Assembly (NCBI GenBank): GCA_040385605.1
Contig: JAZKHC010000026.1
Span: forward strand, 5,680 to 69,679
Length of the DNA: 64,000 nucleotides
Origin: Pseudomonadota bacterium
GTDB lineage: Bacteria > Pseudomonadota > Gammaproteobacteria > Nevskiales > Nevskiaceae
Direction: 5' to 3'
Positions 19,786 through 28,637 of the stretch are shown one piece after another. Each line of letters opens with the position of its first letter. The stretch's first letter is position 1. The translations under genes and the position numbers were made by a program. Under the pieces are notes generated by a model that worked only from the letters and a program-made list of their open reading frames with translations, had not been told where the DNA came from and did no database searches.

Positions 19786-20990
19786 TTCAATTCACCGCTG
19801 GCGAGGCGCAGCAGCAAGAGTGCTGAGAGCTTGGCGCGCTCGCTGATTGACGACACGCGCATCCACTCCTGATCGCTGTGAATGCGATCACCCACCACGC
19901 CCATGTTGTCGAGATTGGCGACGCCGTGGGCCGCCAGATTGTTGCCATCGCAGCAGCCGCCGGTGGGTTTGAAGTGCAGGCCGAGGCCCAGCTGCTGGCC
20001 GCAATCGCCGACGTAGTCCATCAGGCGTTGTATCTCGGCATTCACCACTTTCGGCGGCCGGGTGAAGCCGCCGGAGAGTTCGCAGTGCAGACCCTCCCGC
20101 GCATTGAGGCGGTTCATCAAGAGGTCGAGCTCGTCGTGCATCCAGCACTCGTCGCTGGCCTGCGAGGTGCGTACGTTGAACTTGAATACGGCCAAGTCGG
20201 GTACGACGTTGAGCGCGCCGCCGCCTTTGACGTAGCCAGGGTTGATGGTCACACCCTCACGGCTTCCGTTGAGCGCGTTCAGACCGCTGATGAACTCTGC
20301 GCAGGCGGCAATCGCATTGCGGCCCTTGTCGAAATCACGCCCTGCGTGCGCTGCGCGGCCATGCACCACCACGTTGAAATTGCCGCTGCCCTTGCGCGAC
20401 GAAGCCAGCGAGCCATCGGGCAGGGCGGGTTCGTAGATCAGGCCCAGGTGATGCGACTTGGCCGCTTCTGCGAGCAAGGGTGCCGACGAGACCGAGCCGA
20501 TCTCCTCGTCCGGGTTCATCAGCACCGTCCAGCCGATCTGGTCCTTCCAGGGCGAGCGTTCCAGCGCCATCAGCGCCTGGAACAGCACCAGCAAGCCGCC
20601 TTTCAAATCGGCCACGCCGGGGCCGTTCAAGGTGTCGGCGTCGATCTGCTTGACCGCTTGAAAGGGGTGATCGGCCGCAAACACGGTATCGAGATGGCCG
20701 CAGAAGAACACTTGCAGCGGCGCTTGCGGGCGCAGACGAAGCCGCAGCGCCTTGCCGATGGGCCGCTCGATGGTCTGCCCCGCATCGTTGACGCTGCGAA
20801 AGGGCGCGAGCGCCAGCAGCTCCGCACTGGCGTGCAAGGGCGAGAACACCTCACGCATGGCCTCGGCCATCGCCGTTACCCCTGCCGCATTGAAGCTGCC
20901 GGAATTGATGCTGCTCAGGCGCACCAGCGTCTCGCCCATGGAGGGCAGGGCAGCGTCGATGGGGGCGAGATAGGGCGTGTAGTCCGTCAT
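19776..20990 (-). CDS. M20-family metallo-hydrolase (deacylase/desuccinylase-like)
   Basis: GHLDTV, GPGVADLKGG, DEEIGS, GRAAHAGR, GGCCDGN. Confidence 0.88.
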   Translation of the reverse strand: MTDYTPYLAPIDAALPSMGETLVRLSSINSGSFNAAGVTAMAEAMREVFSPLHASAELLALAPFRSVNDAGQTIERPIGKALRLRLRPQAPLQVFFCGHLDTVFAADHPFQAVKQIDADTLNGPGVADLKGGLLVLFQALMALERSPWKDQIGWTVLMNPDEEIGSVSSAPLLAEAAKSHHLGLIYEPALPDGSLASSRKGSGNFNVVVHGRAAHAGRDFDKGRNAIAACAEFISGLNALNGSREGVTINPGYVKGGGALNVVPDLAVFKFNVRTSQASDECWMHDELDLLMNRLNAREGLHCELSGGFTRPPKVVNAEIQRLMDYVGDCGQQLGLGLHFKPTGGCCDGNNLAAHGVANLDNMGVVGDRIHSDQEWMRVSSISERAKLSALLLLRLASGELKWN

Positions 20991-21053
20991 GGCGCGATTT
21001 TAGTGGAATGCTTGTTGCGAGCCTTGTGCATTAGCCATCGCTACACTCAAGCC

Positions 21054-21956
21054 ATGAACCAAAGTGCATCTCTCCTAACTCGTCATTCCCGCGAAAGCGG
21101 GAATCCAATACTCGCCCGCACAGCACTCCGTCTCAGGCACTGGATTCCCGCTTTCGCGGGAATGACAGCCTTGCTGCTGGCCTTGCTCGCAAGGCCAGCA
21201 CTGGCAGCCGACCAGGCCCTGTGGGAGAAATCCACCCTCAACCAAATAATGAAACGCGGCGAGCTGCGCGTGGGGCTGGAAGCCGGCTACATGCCCTTCG
21301 AGATGCGCGACAAGAACGGCAACATCATCGGCTTCGATGTCGATCTCGCCAAGAAGATGGCGAGCGTGCTGAAGGTTAAAGTCACCTTCGTCAATACCCA
21401 GTGGGACGGCATCATCCCGGCCCTGCTAACCGACAAGTTCGACATCCTCATGTCCGGCATGACCATCACGCCGGAGCGCAACGCGCAGGTCAATTTCAGC
21501 GCGCCTTACATCACCGTCGGGCAAACAGCACTCTTGGCAGGCAAGCACAAGGGCAAGGTCACCGACGCGATGCAGCTCAACGACCCGCAGTACACCGTGG
21601 CGACCAAGCTCGGCACCTCTGGCGACATCGTCACCCAGCGCCTGCTGCCGCGAGCCAAGATCAAGAAGTTCGAGACCGAAGCCGATGCCGCACTCGAAGT
21701 AAAAAACGGCCGCGCCGATGCCTTCATCTACGACCTGCCCTACATCGCGGTCTACGCCAACCAGTATCCCGAGGGCGTGCTGTATCTGCCCAAGCCCTTC
21801 ACCAAGGAGCACCTCGGCTGGGCGATCAAGAAGGGCGACCCGGACTTCTTGAACTGGCTCGACAACTTCATCGTCGCCATCCAGAACGACGGCACCTATG
21901 ACGTGCTCTACAACCGCTGGTTCAACGGCACCGTCTGGTTGAAGAACGTGCAATGA
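21054..21956 (+). CDS. Polar amino-acid ABC transporter substrate-binding protein (alternative start 21162)
   Basis: GELRVGLEAGYMPFE, GFDVDLA, WDGIIPALL, DAFIYD; the first 392 aa of the track ORF are an antisense shadow. Confidence 0.9.
   Translation: MNQSASLLTRHSRESGNPILARTALRLRHWIPAFAGMTALLLALLARPALAADQALWEKSTLNQIMKRGELRVGLEAGYMPFEMRDKNGNIIGFDVDLAKKMASVLKVKVTFVNTQWDGIIPALLTDKFDILMSGMTITPERNAQVNFSAPYITVGQTALLAGKHKGKVTDAMQLNDPQYTVATKLGTSGDIVTQRLLPRAKIKKFETEADAALEVKNGRADAFIYDLPYIAVYANQYPEGVLYLPKPFTKEHLGWAIKKGDPDFLNWLDNFIVAIQNDGTYDVLYNRWFNGTVWLKNVQ
21082..21166. repeat. CGTC-headed REP doublet (perfect 26-bp inverted repeat)
   Basis: GTCATTCCCGCGAAAGCGGGAATCCA (21082-21107) and its exact reverse complement (21141-21166). 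Confidence 0.92.
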
Positions 21957-22888
21957 GGCCTGCGAATCCGTGGTGGCGACTGCTCACGGTCGCATTGGTG
22001 CTGCTGATCGGCGGGGGTCTCTACTGGGCCACCATCAAGGTCAACTACCAGTGGCGCTGGGACCGGGTGCCCGAATACCTGCTGCTGAGCGGCGGCGAAG
22101 AAGTGCTGGCCCCCATCGACGGGACCGTCGAGGTCAAGGGCAAGCAGGTCACGCTCACGCCCTTGCTGGGTGGCGAGGCGCAGACCTTCCCGCAGATCGA
22201 CGTCGTGCAGGTGTCGGACGGCGAGATCGTGTTTGCCAACAACACCATCGGCAAGAAGGCCGGCATCACGCCCGGCCCGCTGCTGGTGGGCCTGTGGGTG
22301 ACGCTGCAAATCTCGGCGTGGTCGCTGGTGTTTGCACTGGTGCTCGGCCTCATTGCCGGTCTCGGGCGCGTCTCGGCAAACCCGGCGGCGCGCGATATGG
22401 CCGCAATCTACGTCGAGCTGATCCGCGGCACGCCGCTCTTGGTGCAGATGTTCATCGTCTATTTCTTCCTGGGCACCGTGCTTAATCTCTCCGGCTTCGT
22501 CGCCGGTGTCGCTGCACTCTCGGTGTTCACCGGTGCCTATGTCGCCGAGATCGTCCGCAGCGGCATCGAGGGCGTGAGTAAAGGCCAGATGGAAGCCGCC
22601 CGTTCGCTTGGCATGAGCCACTGGCAGGCCATGCGCCACGTGGTACTGCCGCAGGCACTCAAGCGTTCGCTGCCCGCACTTGCAGGCCAGAGCATCAATC
22701 TGGTCAAGGACAGCTCGCTGGTGTCGATCATGGCGCTCACCGACCTCACCAAGGCGGGGCGCGAGATCGTCGCCTCGACTTTCAGCCCCTTCGAGGTTTG
22801 GTTCACCGTCGCCCTCATGTACCTGGTGCTGACCGGCGCGCTCTCGATGTACGTGCGCAAGCTCGAAAAGAAGATGGCCCATGACTAG
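21953..22888 (+). CDS. Amino-acid ABC transporter permease (HisM/GlnP family)
   Basis: [34 protein letters not shown] (EAA motif), VKDSSL. Confidence 0.92.
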   Translation: MRPANPWWRLLTVALVLLIGGGLYWATIKVNYQWRWDRVPEYLLLSGGEEVLAPIDGTVEVKGKQVTLTPLLGGEAQTFPQIDVVQVSDGEIVFANNTIGKKAGITPGPLLVGLWVTLQISAWSLVFALVLGLIAGLGRVSANPAARDMAAIYVELIRGTPLLVQMFIVYFFLGTVLNLSGFVAGVAALSVFTGAYVAEIVRSGIEGVSKGQMEAARSLGMSHWQAMRHVVLPQALKRSLPALAGQSINLVKDSSLVSIMALTDLTKAGREIVASTFSPFEVWFTVALMYLVLTGALSMYVRKLEKKMAHD

Positions 22889-23636
22889 CCCCACCACCGA
22901 AGTGCTGATCGACGCCCGCGACGTCAGCAAGGTCTACCCCAACGGTACCCAGGCACTCACCAAGGTCTCGCTGCAAGTACGGCGTGGCGAGGTGGTGTGC
23001 ATCGTCGGGCCCAGCGGCTCCGGCAAGTCCACCCTGCTGCGCACGCTTAATGCGATGGAGAGCATCACGAGCGGCGAAGTCACCATGGATGGCCTCAAGG
23101 TCCACGCGCCCAAGACCAACCTCAACGAAGTGCGCAAACACGCGGGCATGGTGTTCCAGCAGTTCAACCTCTTCCCGCACAAAACCGCGCTCGAAAACGT
23201 GATGCTGGCACCCATGCAGGTGCTCAAGCACTCAGCGGAAGTCGCGCGTGCCAGCGCCGAAAAGCTGCTGGCGAAAGTGGGCCTGAGTGATAAGGCCGAG
23301 AGCCGCCCCAGCCAGCTCAGCGGCGGCCAGCAGCAGCGCGTCGCCATCGCCCGCGCGCTGGCCATGCAGCCGCGCGTGATGCTGTTCGACGAACCCACCA
23401 GCGCCCTCGACCCGGAGAAAGTCGGCGAGGTGCTGGAGGTGATGAAGCAGTTGGCACTCGAAGGCATGACCATGGTTGTCGTCACCCACGAGATGGGCTT
23501 TGCCCGTGCGGTGGCCAACCGCGTGGTGTTCATGGATGGCGGCGAGCTGGTGTATCAAGACGCGCCCGAAGCCTTCTTCGGCAATGCGCAGCATGAGCGG
23601 TTGCGGAGCTTTTTGGGGCAGGTGTTGCCGCATTGA
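22881..23636 (+). CDS. Amino-acid ABC transporter ATP-binding protein (GlnQ family)
   Basis: [30 protein letters not shown]. Confidence 0.93.
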   Translation: MTSPTTEVLIDARDVSKVYPNGTQALTKVSLQVRRGEVVCIVGPSGSGKSTLLRTLNAMESITSGEVTMDGLKVHAPKTNLNEVRKHAGMVFQQFNLFPHKTALENVMLAPMQVLKHSAEVARASAEKLLAKVGLSDKAESRPSQLSGGQQQRVAIARALAMQPRVMLFDEPTSALDPEKVGEVLEVMKQLALEGMTMVVVTHEMGFARAVANRVVFMDGGELVYQDAPEAFFGNAQHERLRSFLGQVLPH

Positions 23637-23714
23637 ATCGAACAGGCGCTAGCCTTTAAGACATGAACTACACGGAACTCGTACTCATCCCGCTGCTCGG
23701 CGCATTGGTAGGTC

Positions 23715-23795
23715 CGTAGGATGGGTTGAACGCCAGTGAAGCCCATCGCCCGCGTTCGCTCCTGATGGGCTTCGCTTTGCTCAGCCCATCCTACG
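23715..23795. repeat. GTAG-headed REP doublet
   Basis: CGTAGGATGGGTTGAACGCCAGTGAAGCCCATC inverted against GATGGGCTTCGCTTTGCTCAGCCCATCCTACG. Confidence 0.85.
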
Positions 23796-23800
23796 AATCT

Positions 23801-23897
23801 GCCATTGCCGCAAGGGCGGAAATCCAGCTCTCTCAGTGGGCGCGAAAGCTGCACGGCGCTGCACGCCGCTCCGGATTCCCGCCTTCGGGGGAATGAC
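23801..23897. repeat. Degenerate CGTC-type REP doublet
   Basis: GCCATTGCCGCAAGGGCGGAAATCCA ... CGGATTCCCGCCTTCGGGGGAATGAC, related to 21082-21166. Confidence 0.75.
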
Positions 23898-23900
23898 GAA

Positions 23901-25787
23901 TCAGGCCAGCGCCTCGCTCGCTTCCATCCACTGCTCTTCAGCGACTGAAAGCTCGCTGCGCGCCGCCGCCTGCCGCTGTTGCAGGCGCGTTGCGTCCTTG
24001 TGGCGGCTGGCTTCGTAGAGCGCCGGGTCGGCCAGCTCGGTTTCGAGGGACTTGAGTTCCTTGCTGAGTTTCTCGATCTGCTTGTCGAGCTTCTTCACCG
24101 TTTCGCGCAGGGCCTTGGCGGCTTCGGCATCGAGCGCGACTTTGGCGGCGGCAGCGGCCACCTTGGGGGCGGCGGCATCGCTGCGCTGGGCGGCACGGCG
24201 GGTTTCGCGCAGCCACTTGGCGTAGTCGTCGAGATCACCGTCGTAGGGTTCGCACACACCATCGTGCACGCGCCACAGCGTGTCGCAGCAGCTCTCTACC
24301 ATGTGGCGGTCATGGCTGATGAGTACCACGGCGCCGGGGTAGTCCTGCAGCGCGTTTTCAACGGCCTGGCGCATCTCCAGATCGAGATGGTTGGTGGGCT
24401 CGTCGAGCAGCAAGAGATTGGGGCGCTGGTAGGCGACGATGGCGAGTGCCAAGCGTGCTTTCTCGCCACCGGAGAAGGGTGCAATCGGCTCGTTCTGCCG
24501 GTCGCCCTTGAACACGAAGCTGCCGAGGTAATCGCGCACCGATTGATCCGGCGCCTTCATGTCCAGCCGCTTGATGTGCATGAAGGCGCTGGCCGCCGGG
24601 TCCAGCGTTTCGAGCTGGTGCTGGGCGTAGTAGCCGACCTTGAGATAGGGGTCGCGGGTGACTTCGCCGCCCATCCATTCCAGCTCGCCTGCGAGGGTCT
24701 TGATGAGGGTGGACTTGCCCGCGCCATTGGCACCGAGCACGGCAACGCGATCGCCGGGGGCGAGGATGATGCGCACGTTCTTGAGCAGCGGCTTGCCGGG
24801 GTAGCCGGCGTTGCCGCCCATCACCCGCAGCAGCGGCGAGTTGGCGCGTTCGGGCTTGCGGAAGACGAAATCGAACTCGCTCTCGGCCAGCACCGGGGCG
24901 ACCAGCTCCATGCGTTCCAGCGCCTTCATGCGGCTCTGCGCCTGGCGCGCCTTGCTGGCGTGGGTCTTGAAGCGACTGACAAAGCTCTGCAAGTGCGCGA
25001 TGCGCATCTGCTGCTTGCCATGCGCCTGCGCCTGAAGGTTGAGGCGCTCGGCGCGTTGCAGCTCGAAGGCCGAGTAGTTGCCAGCGTAGAGCGTGGCGGC
25101 GCTGCGTTCTAAGTGCAGAGTGTGGGTGGTCACCGCATCGAGAAAGTCGCGGTCGTGAGAGATGAGCAGCAGCGTGCCTTTGAAGGTGCTGAGTTCTTCC
25201 TGCAACCACAGCGCGGCGTCGAGATCGAGGTGGTTGGTGGGTTCGTCCAGCAGCAGCAAGTCGCTGCGCTTGAGCAGGGCGCGTGCGAGATTGAGCCTCA
25301 TGCGCCAGCCGCCGGAGAAGGCGGCGACAGGCTTTTCCTGCTCGCTGGGGGCAAAGCCCAGACCATGCAGCAGTTGCGCGGCACGCGACTTAGCGGCATA
25401 GCCGTCGATCATCGCCATGCGGTCGTGCAGCTTGGTCAGCTGGTCGATGTCGGCATCGGTGGGGTGCATCTCCAGCCGCTCTTCGACGGCCTTCAGCTTG
25501 GCTTCGAGGCTGCGCAGCTCTTCGTCGCCATCCAGTGCGTACTCGATGGCGGCCTGGGGCAGGGCGGGGGTGTCCTGGCTGACGTTGGCGACCACCAGGC
25601 TCTTGGGCAGGTCGATGCTGCCGCCATCGGTGGGTAGCTCACGACGGATAGCCGCAAACAGGGTGGACTTGCCGACGCCGTTCTTGCCGATCACCCCCAC
25701 GCGCTGGTTGGCGTGGATGACGACGGAAACGTTTTCGAGCAGCGTCTTGACGTTGCGACGCAGCGTGAGGTTTTGCAGAGCGAGCAT
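23901..25787 (-). CDS. ABC-F family ATPase (YheS-like)
   Basis: Two ATPase domains (GKNGVGKST, GANGAGKST; FSGGWRMR, FSGGEKAR), no TM segments, C-terminal coiled coil. Confidence 0.92.
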   Translation of the reverse strand: MLALQNLTLRRNVKTLLENVSVVIHANQRVGVIGKNGVGKSTLFAAIRRELPTDGGSIDLPKSLVVANVSQDTPALPQAAIEYALDGDEELRSLEAKLKAVEERLEMHPTDADIDQLTKLHDRMAMIDGYAAKSRAAQLLHGLGFAPSEQEKPVAAFSGGWRMRLNLARALLKRSDLLLLDEPTNHLDLDAALWLQEELSTFKGTLLLISHDRDFLDAVTTHTLHLERSAATLYAGNYSAFELQRAERLNLQAQAHGKQQMRIAHLQSFVSRFKTHASKARQAQSRMKALERMELVAPVLAESEFDFVFRKPERANSPLLRVMGGNAGYPGKPLLKNVRIILAPGDRVAVLGANGAGKSTLIKTLAGELEWMGGEVTRDPYLKVGYYAQHQLETLDPAASAFMHIKRLDMKAPDQSVRDYLGSFVFKGDRQNEPIAPFSGGEKARLALAIVAYQRPNLLLLDEPTNHLDLEMRQAVENALQDYPGAVVLISHDRHMVESCCDTLWRVHDGVCEPYDGDLDDYAKWLRETRRAAQRSDAAAPKVAAAAAKVALDAEAAKALRETVKKLDKQIEKLSKELKSLETELADPALYEASRHKDATRLQQRQAAARSELSVAEEQWMEASEALA

Positions 25788-25830
25788 AAATGTGCAACCA
25801 GCGGTGGGCCGCGATTCTACGCGCCTCAGC

Positions 25831-27084
25831 TCATTCTTTGATCGCTTTCTTGCCCAGCCGCTGCGCAATCTCCTTGTAGATGGCCGGGTGATTGAGCAAC
25901 TGCATGTGGTGCGCGCTGTAGAGCGTGGCGGTGTCGGCATCCGCCAGCTCGCGTGCGGTGCTGCTGGGCAGCTTCACCAGTCCATCGCCAATCGCCTTGC
26001 CGAGCCAGTGGTGCTCATCGAGGCCGATACTGCTGCCGATGAAGTGATATTTCACGCTCGCAATGCGCGGAATCTCGGTGCGGGCATCGGCCGTGCGCTC
26101 CTCAGTCGTGCGCTTTTTCCAGTGTTCGTCTGCCACAAAGCCGTGGCGCAGGTCGCGGATGCCTTCGCTGCGCACTGCCAGCACCTTGGCGAGCGGACGC
26201 GAGAGCGGAAAGGCTTCGAGCACGGGCGTGGCGGCGTGCACGAACTGCTCCAGCGGCGCGCCGGTGTGCGGCGTGCCGAGACAAAGGATGTGTGAAACCT
26301 TGGCTGGCCAAGTCATGTTCGACTTCGCCGCCTTGTAGGCCGCCGAGCGCGCCACCAATCCGCCCATGCTGTGGCCGATCAGCACCACCTCGGTGACGGG
26401 CACCGGCCAGAGCGAGACGAGCTTGTCGATCTGCCGTGCCAGCGTGCGGCCGTTGAGCGAGATGTGCAGGCCTGAGTTGTAGCGGACATAGAGCGGCGTG
26501 TAGCCCTTGGCGGCAAGCTGGTCGCCATAGGGCGTGTGCTGCTCGGCATACAGCCGCCAGCTGTGCTCGTTGCAGCAGAGGCCGTGGATGAAGACGACGA
26601 GCTTGCCTGTGGCCTCCGGGTAGGTCGCGGCCAGCACCGGCGCACTCAGGCTGGTGCGATGACCCTCGCGGTAGAAGCCGAGCTTCACCCTGAGCGGGTT
26701 TCGCTCCTGCGACATGGCATCGCCAATCAGCCCGCTGATGGCGCTGACCAGGTTGTCGCGGGCGATGGCGGGTGGTGTGATGGCAGCAGCGGTCTGGGTC
26801 GCAGGTTGAAAATTGCGCTCTGCGAGCTTCAGGGCGACGTCCGCCTGCTTGAACAGCGCGCCGCCGATCCCCTTGATGACGCCATAAACGCCATCAGTGA
26901 TCCCATCGTGGATCGCCCGCGTGCCTTCGCTGCCGTCCTTTACGCCTGGGACGGCCGGCATCGCATTGAAAGGCATGTCCGAAATAGCGCGGTGAAACTC
27001 GTGGATGCGCGAGGTCAAATGCTCGAAGGTCTTGCCTGCGAGCTTCACCGAGCCCCTGATCTCACCGATGCGGTTGTTAGCCAT
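25831..27084 (-). CDS. Alpha/beta-hydrolase (PGAP1-like esterase/lipase)
   Basis: FIHGLCC, IGHSMGGLVAR nucleophile elbow, LGTPHTGAP, GDGLV. Confidence 0.8.
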   Translation of the reverse strand: MANNRIGEIRGSVKLAGKTFEHLTSRIHEFHRAISDMPFNAMPAVPGVKDGSEGTRAIHDGITDGVYGVIKGIGGALFKQADVALKLAERNFQPATQTAAAITPPAIARDNLVSAISGLIGDAMSQERNPLRVKLGFYREGHRTSLSAPVLAATYPEATGKLVVFIHGLCCNEHSWRLYAEQHTPYGDQLAAKGYTPLYVRYNSGLHISLNGRTLARQIDKLVSLWPVPVTEVVLIGHSMGGLVARSAAYKAAKSNMTWPAKVSHILCLGTPHTGAPLEQFVHAATPVLEAFPLSRPLAKVLAVRSEGIRDLRHGFVADEHWKKRTTEERTADARTEIPRIASVKYHFIGSSIGLDEHHWLGKAIGDGLVKLPSSTARELADADTATLYSAHHMQLLNHPAIYKEIAQRLGKKAIKE

Positions 27085-27205
27085 GCGCTCCTCCGAGTGC
27101 TTGCTGATTTAGTCTGCAATGACTGTAACCCGGCACCAGTTCAACGTGCGGCTGGCGCGCGGCTTGCAAGACACCTCGTGCAGGCCCCTTTCATGGAGAA
27201 CCTTC

Positions 27206-27892
27206 ATGCACGCGCCAGACTTCGCCCAGCTCAGCCATCCCACACTGCCGCCCAGAGACATCAACTTCCTGCTGTCGAACTTTCCCGGTCAGGTCGATGT
27301 GCCGCGCGCTGTCACCGAGATGGGCCAGTTCTTCAATACGCTCGACTCGATGCTGGACGCCGACTACATCTACAAGGCCCTGCGCGATGCCGACACCATC
27401 GACCTGCCGGTGTCGCCGCAGCTCTGGTTCGAGGTGATGCTGCGCCACGCCATGCCCGCCCGCCGCAACCGTCAGGAGCAGCGCGCGCTGCACTACATCG
27501 CGCATCTACTCGCGCTGTTCGGCCGCACGGAGCGCCTGCGTCAGGTGCAGGAGGGCGAGGACACCGCCTATGACTATCTGGTCGATCTCGTCGCCGAAGA
27601 GCAGGTTGCGCAAGCGCAACGGCAGTTCATCGTGCAGGCCCACATCGCCAACTACGCACTGTTTCTCGGCGGTGTCTGCGCCGAGTGGATCGAGCACCGC
27701 CACCGCTATGCCCATCGCCCGGTCACCATCGACTACTACCGCGACATGGGTGCCTCCCGCTTCCATGCCGCGTCCAAGCATCCGCTGGCGCAGGAGTTCG
27801 GCTTAAGCAACACCTACCGCGAACTGGCGCAGCGATTCGACTACTACCGCGAGGGTTTGGAGAAGATGGCGGCGGCGCACCTCTACCATTGA
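27206..27892 (+). CDS. Hypothetical helical protein
   Basis: GGAGA RBS before ATG 27206, host-like codon usage, no motif recognised with confidence. Confidence 0.7.
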   Translation: MHAPDFAQLSHPTLPPRDINFLLSNFPGQVDVPRAVTEMGQFFNTLDSMLDADYIYKALRDADTIDLPVSPQLWFEVMLRHAMPARRNRQEQRALHYIAHLLALFGRTERLRQVQEGEDTAYDYLVDLVAEEQVAQAQRQFIVQAHIANYALFLGGVCAEWIEHRHRYAHRPVTIDYYRDMGASRFHAASKHPLAQEFGLSNTYRELAQRFDYYREGLEKMAAAHLYH

Positions 27893-27927
27893 GCATTGCA
27901 TGAGTTGACAGACAGGACGTTTGGCGC

Positions 27928-27945
27928 AACGATCATGCTATCGTT
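27928..27945. promoter_or_regulatory. Candidate autoregulatory operator of the vapBC module
   Basis: AACGAT-N6-ATCGTT inverted repeat about 20 bp upstream of the antitoxin ATG; TTGACA at 27905. Confidence 0.4.
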
Positions 27946-27964
27946 TAACGAGAAGCTGATCGAT

Positions 27965-28174
27965 ATGAATACCGTCACCCTGTCTCCCAAGTTCCAGGTC
28001 GTCATCCCGCAGGCCATCCGCGAGTCGATGGGGTTGGCGGCGGGCGAAAAGCTGCAAGTAATGCACTACGAAGGCCGCGTCGAGTTCATCCCGGTGAAGT
28101 CGATGAAAGCCATGCGTGGCTTCCTGCAGGGTATGGATACCAACATCGACCGCGAGCCTGACCGCGCGCTGTAG
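27965..28174 (+). CDS. AbrB/MazE/SpoVT-family antitoxin
   Basis: MNTVTLSPKFQVVIPQAIRESMGL, swapped-hairpin motif. Confidence 0.88.
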   Translation: MNTVTLSPKFQVVIPQAIRESMGLAAGEKLQVMHYEGRVEFIPVKSMKAMRGFLQGMDTNIDREPDRAL

Positions 28175-28183
28175 TCCTCATCA

Positions 28184-28543
28184 ATGAATGTCGTCGATTC
28201 CTCCGGCTGGCTCGAATACTTTGCGGGCACGCCGCGCGCTGGCCTGTTCGCCAAGGCCATCGAGAACACCGAGCAGCTGGTGGTACCTGTCATCACCATC
28301 TACGAAGTGTTCAAAAAGGTGCTGCGGGAGCGTGGCGAGAATCTGGCCTTGCGAGCCGCCAGCCAGATGCAGCTGGGGCAGGTGGTCGAAATCGACGTGT
28401 CGCTGGCGCTGAGTGCGGGTCGCCACGACCTGCCACTGGCAGATAGCCTGATCTACGCCACCGCCCAGCTGCACAAGGCCACGCTGTGGACGCAGGATGC
28501 GCACTTCGAAGGCCTGCCTGGCGTGCGCTACCTCGGCAAGTAG
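28184..28543 (+). CDS. vapC: PIN-domain VapC toxin
   Basis: VVDSSGWLEY, IYEV, LADSLIYATA, LWTQDAHF. Confidence 0.9.
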   Translation: MNVVDSSGWLEYFAGTPRAGLFAKAIENTEQLVVPVITIYEVFKKVLRERGENLALRAASQMQLGQVVEIDVSLALSAGRHDLPLADSLIYATAQLHKATLWTQDAHFEGLPGVRYLGK

Positions 28544-28559
28544 TCAGGCAAGTCCAGTA

Positions 28560-28574
28560 ACGAACATTGTTCGT
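28560..28574. promoter_or_regulatory. Perfect palindrome upstream of the atu-like operon (candidate TetR-type operator)
   Basis: ACGAACA-T-TGTTCGT; a second palindrome ATGACGTCAT lies at 28600-28609. Confidence 0.45.
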
Positions 28575-28637
28575 GAATATGAACGCCATAACTGATTAAA
28601 TGACGTCATCAGAGCGGCAAAACACGAGAGCACGGAA

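Noticed and set aside
19878-21053. 692-aa ORF as a large fused binding protein
   Set aside because: The first 392 codons are the antisense shadow of the M20 hydrolase; only the part from 21054 or 21162 looks like a real protein.
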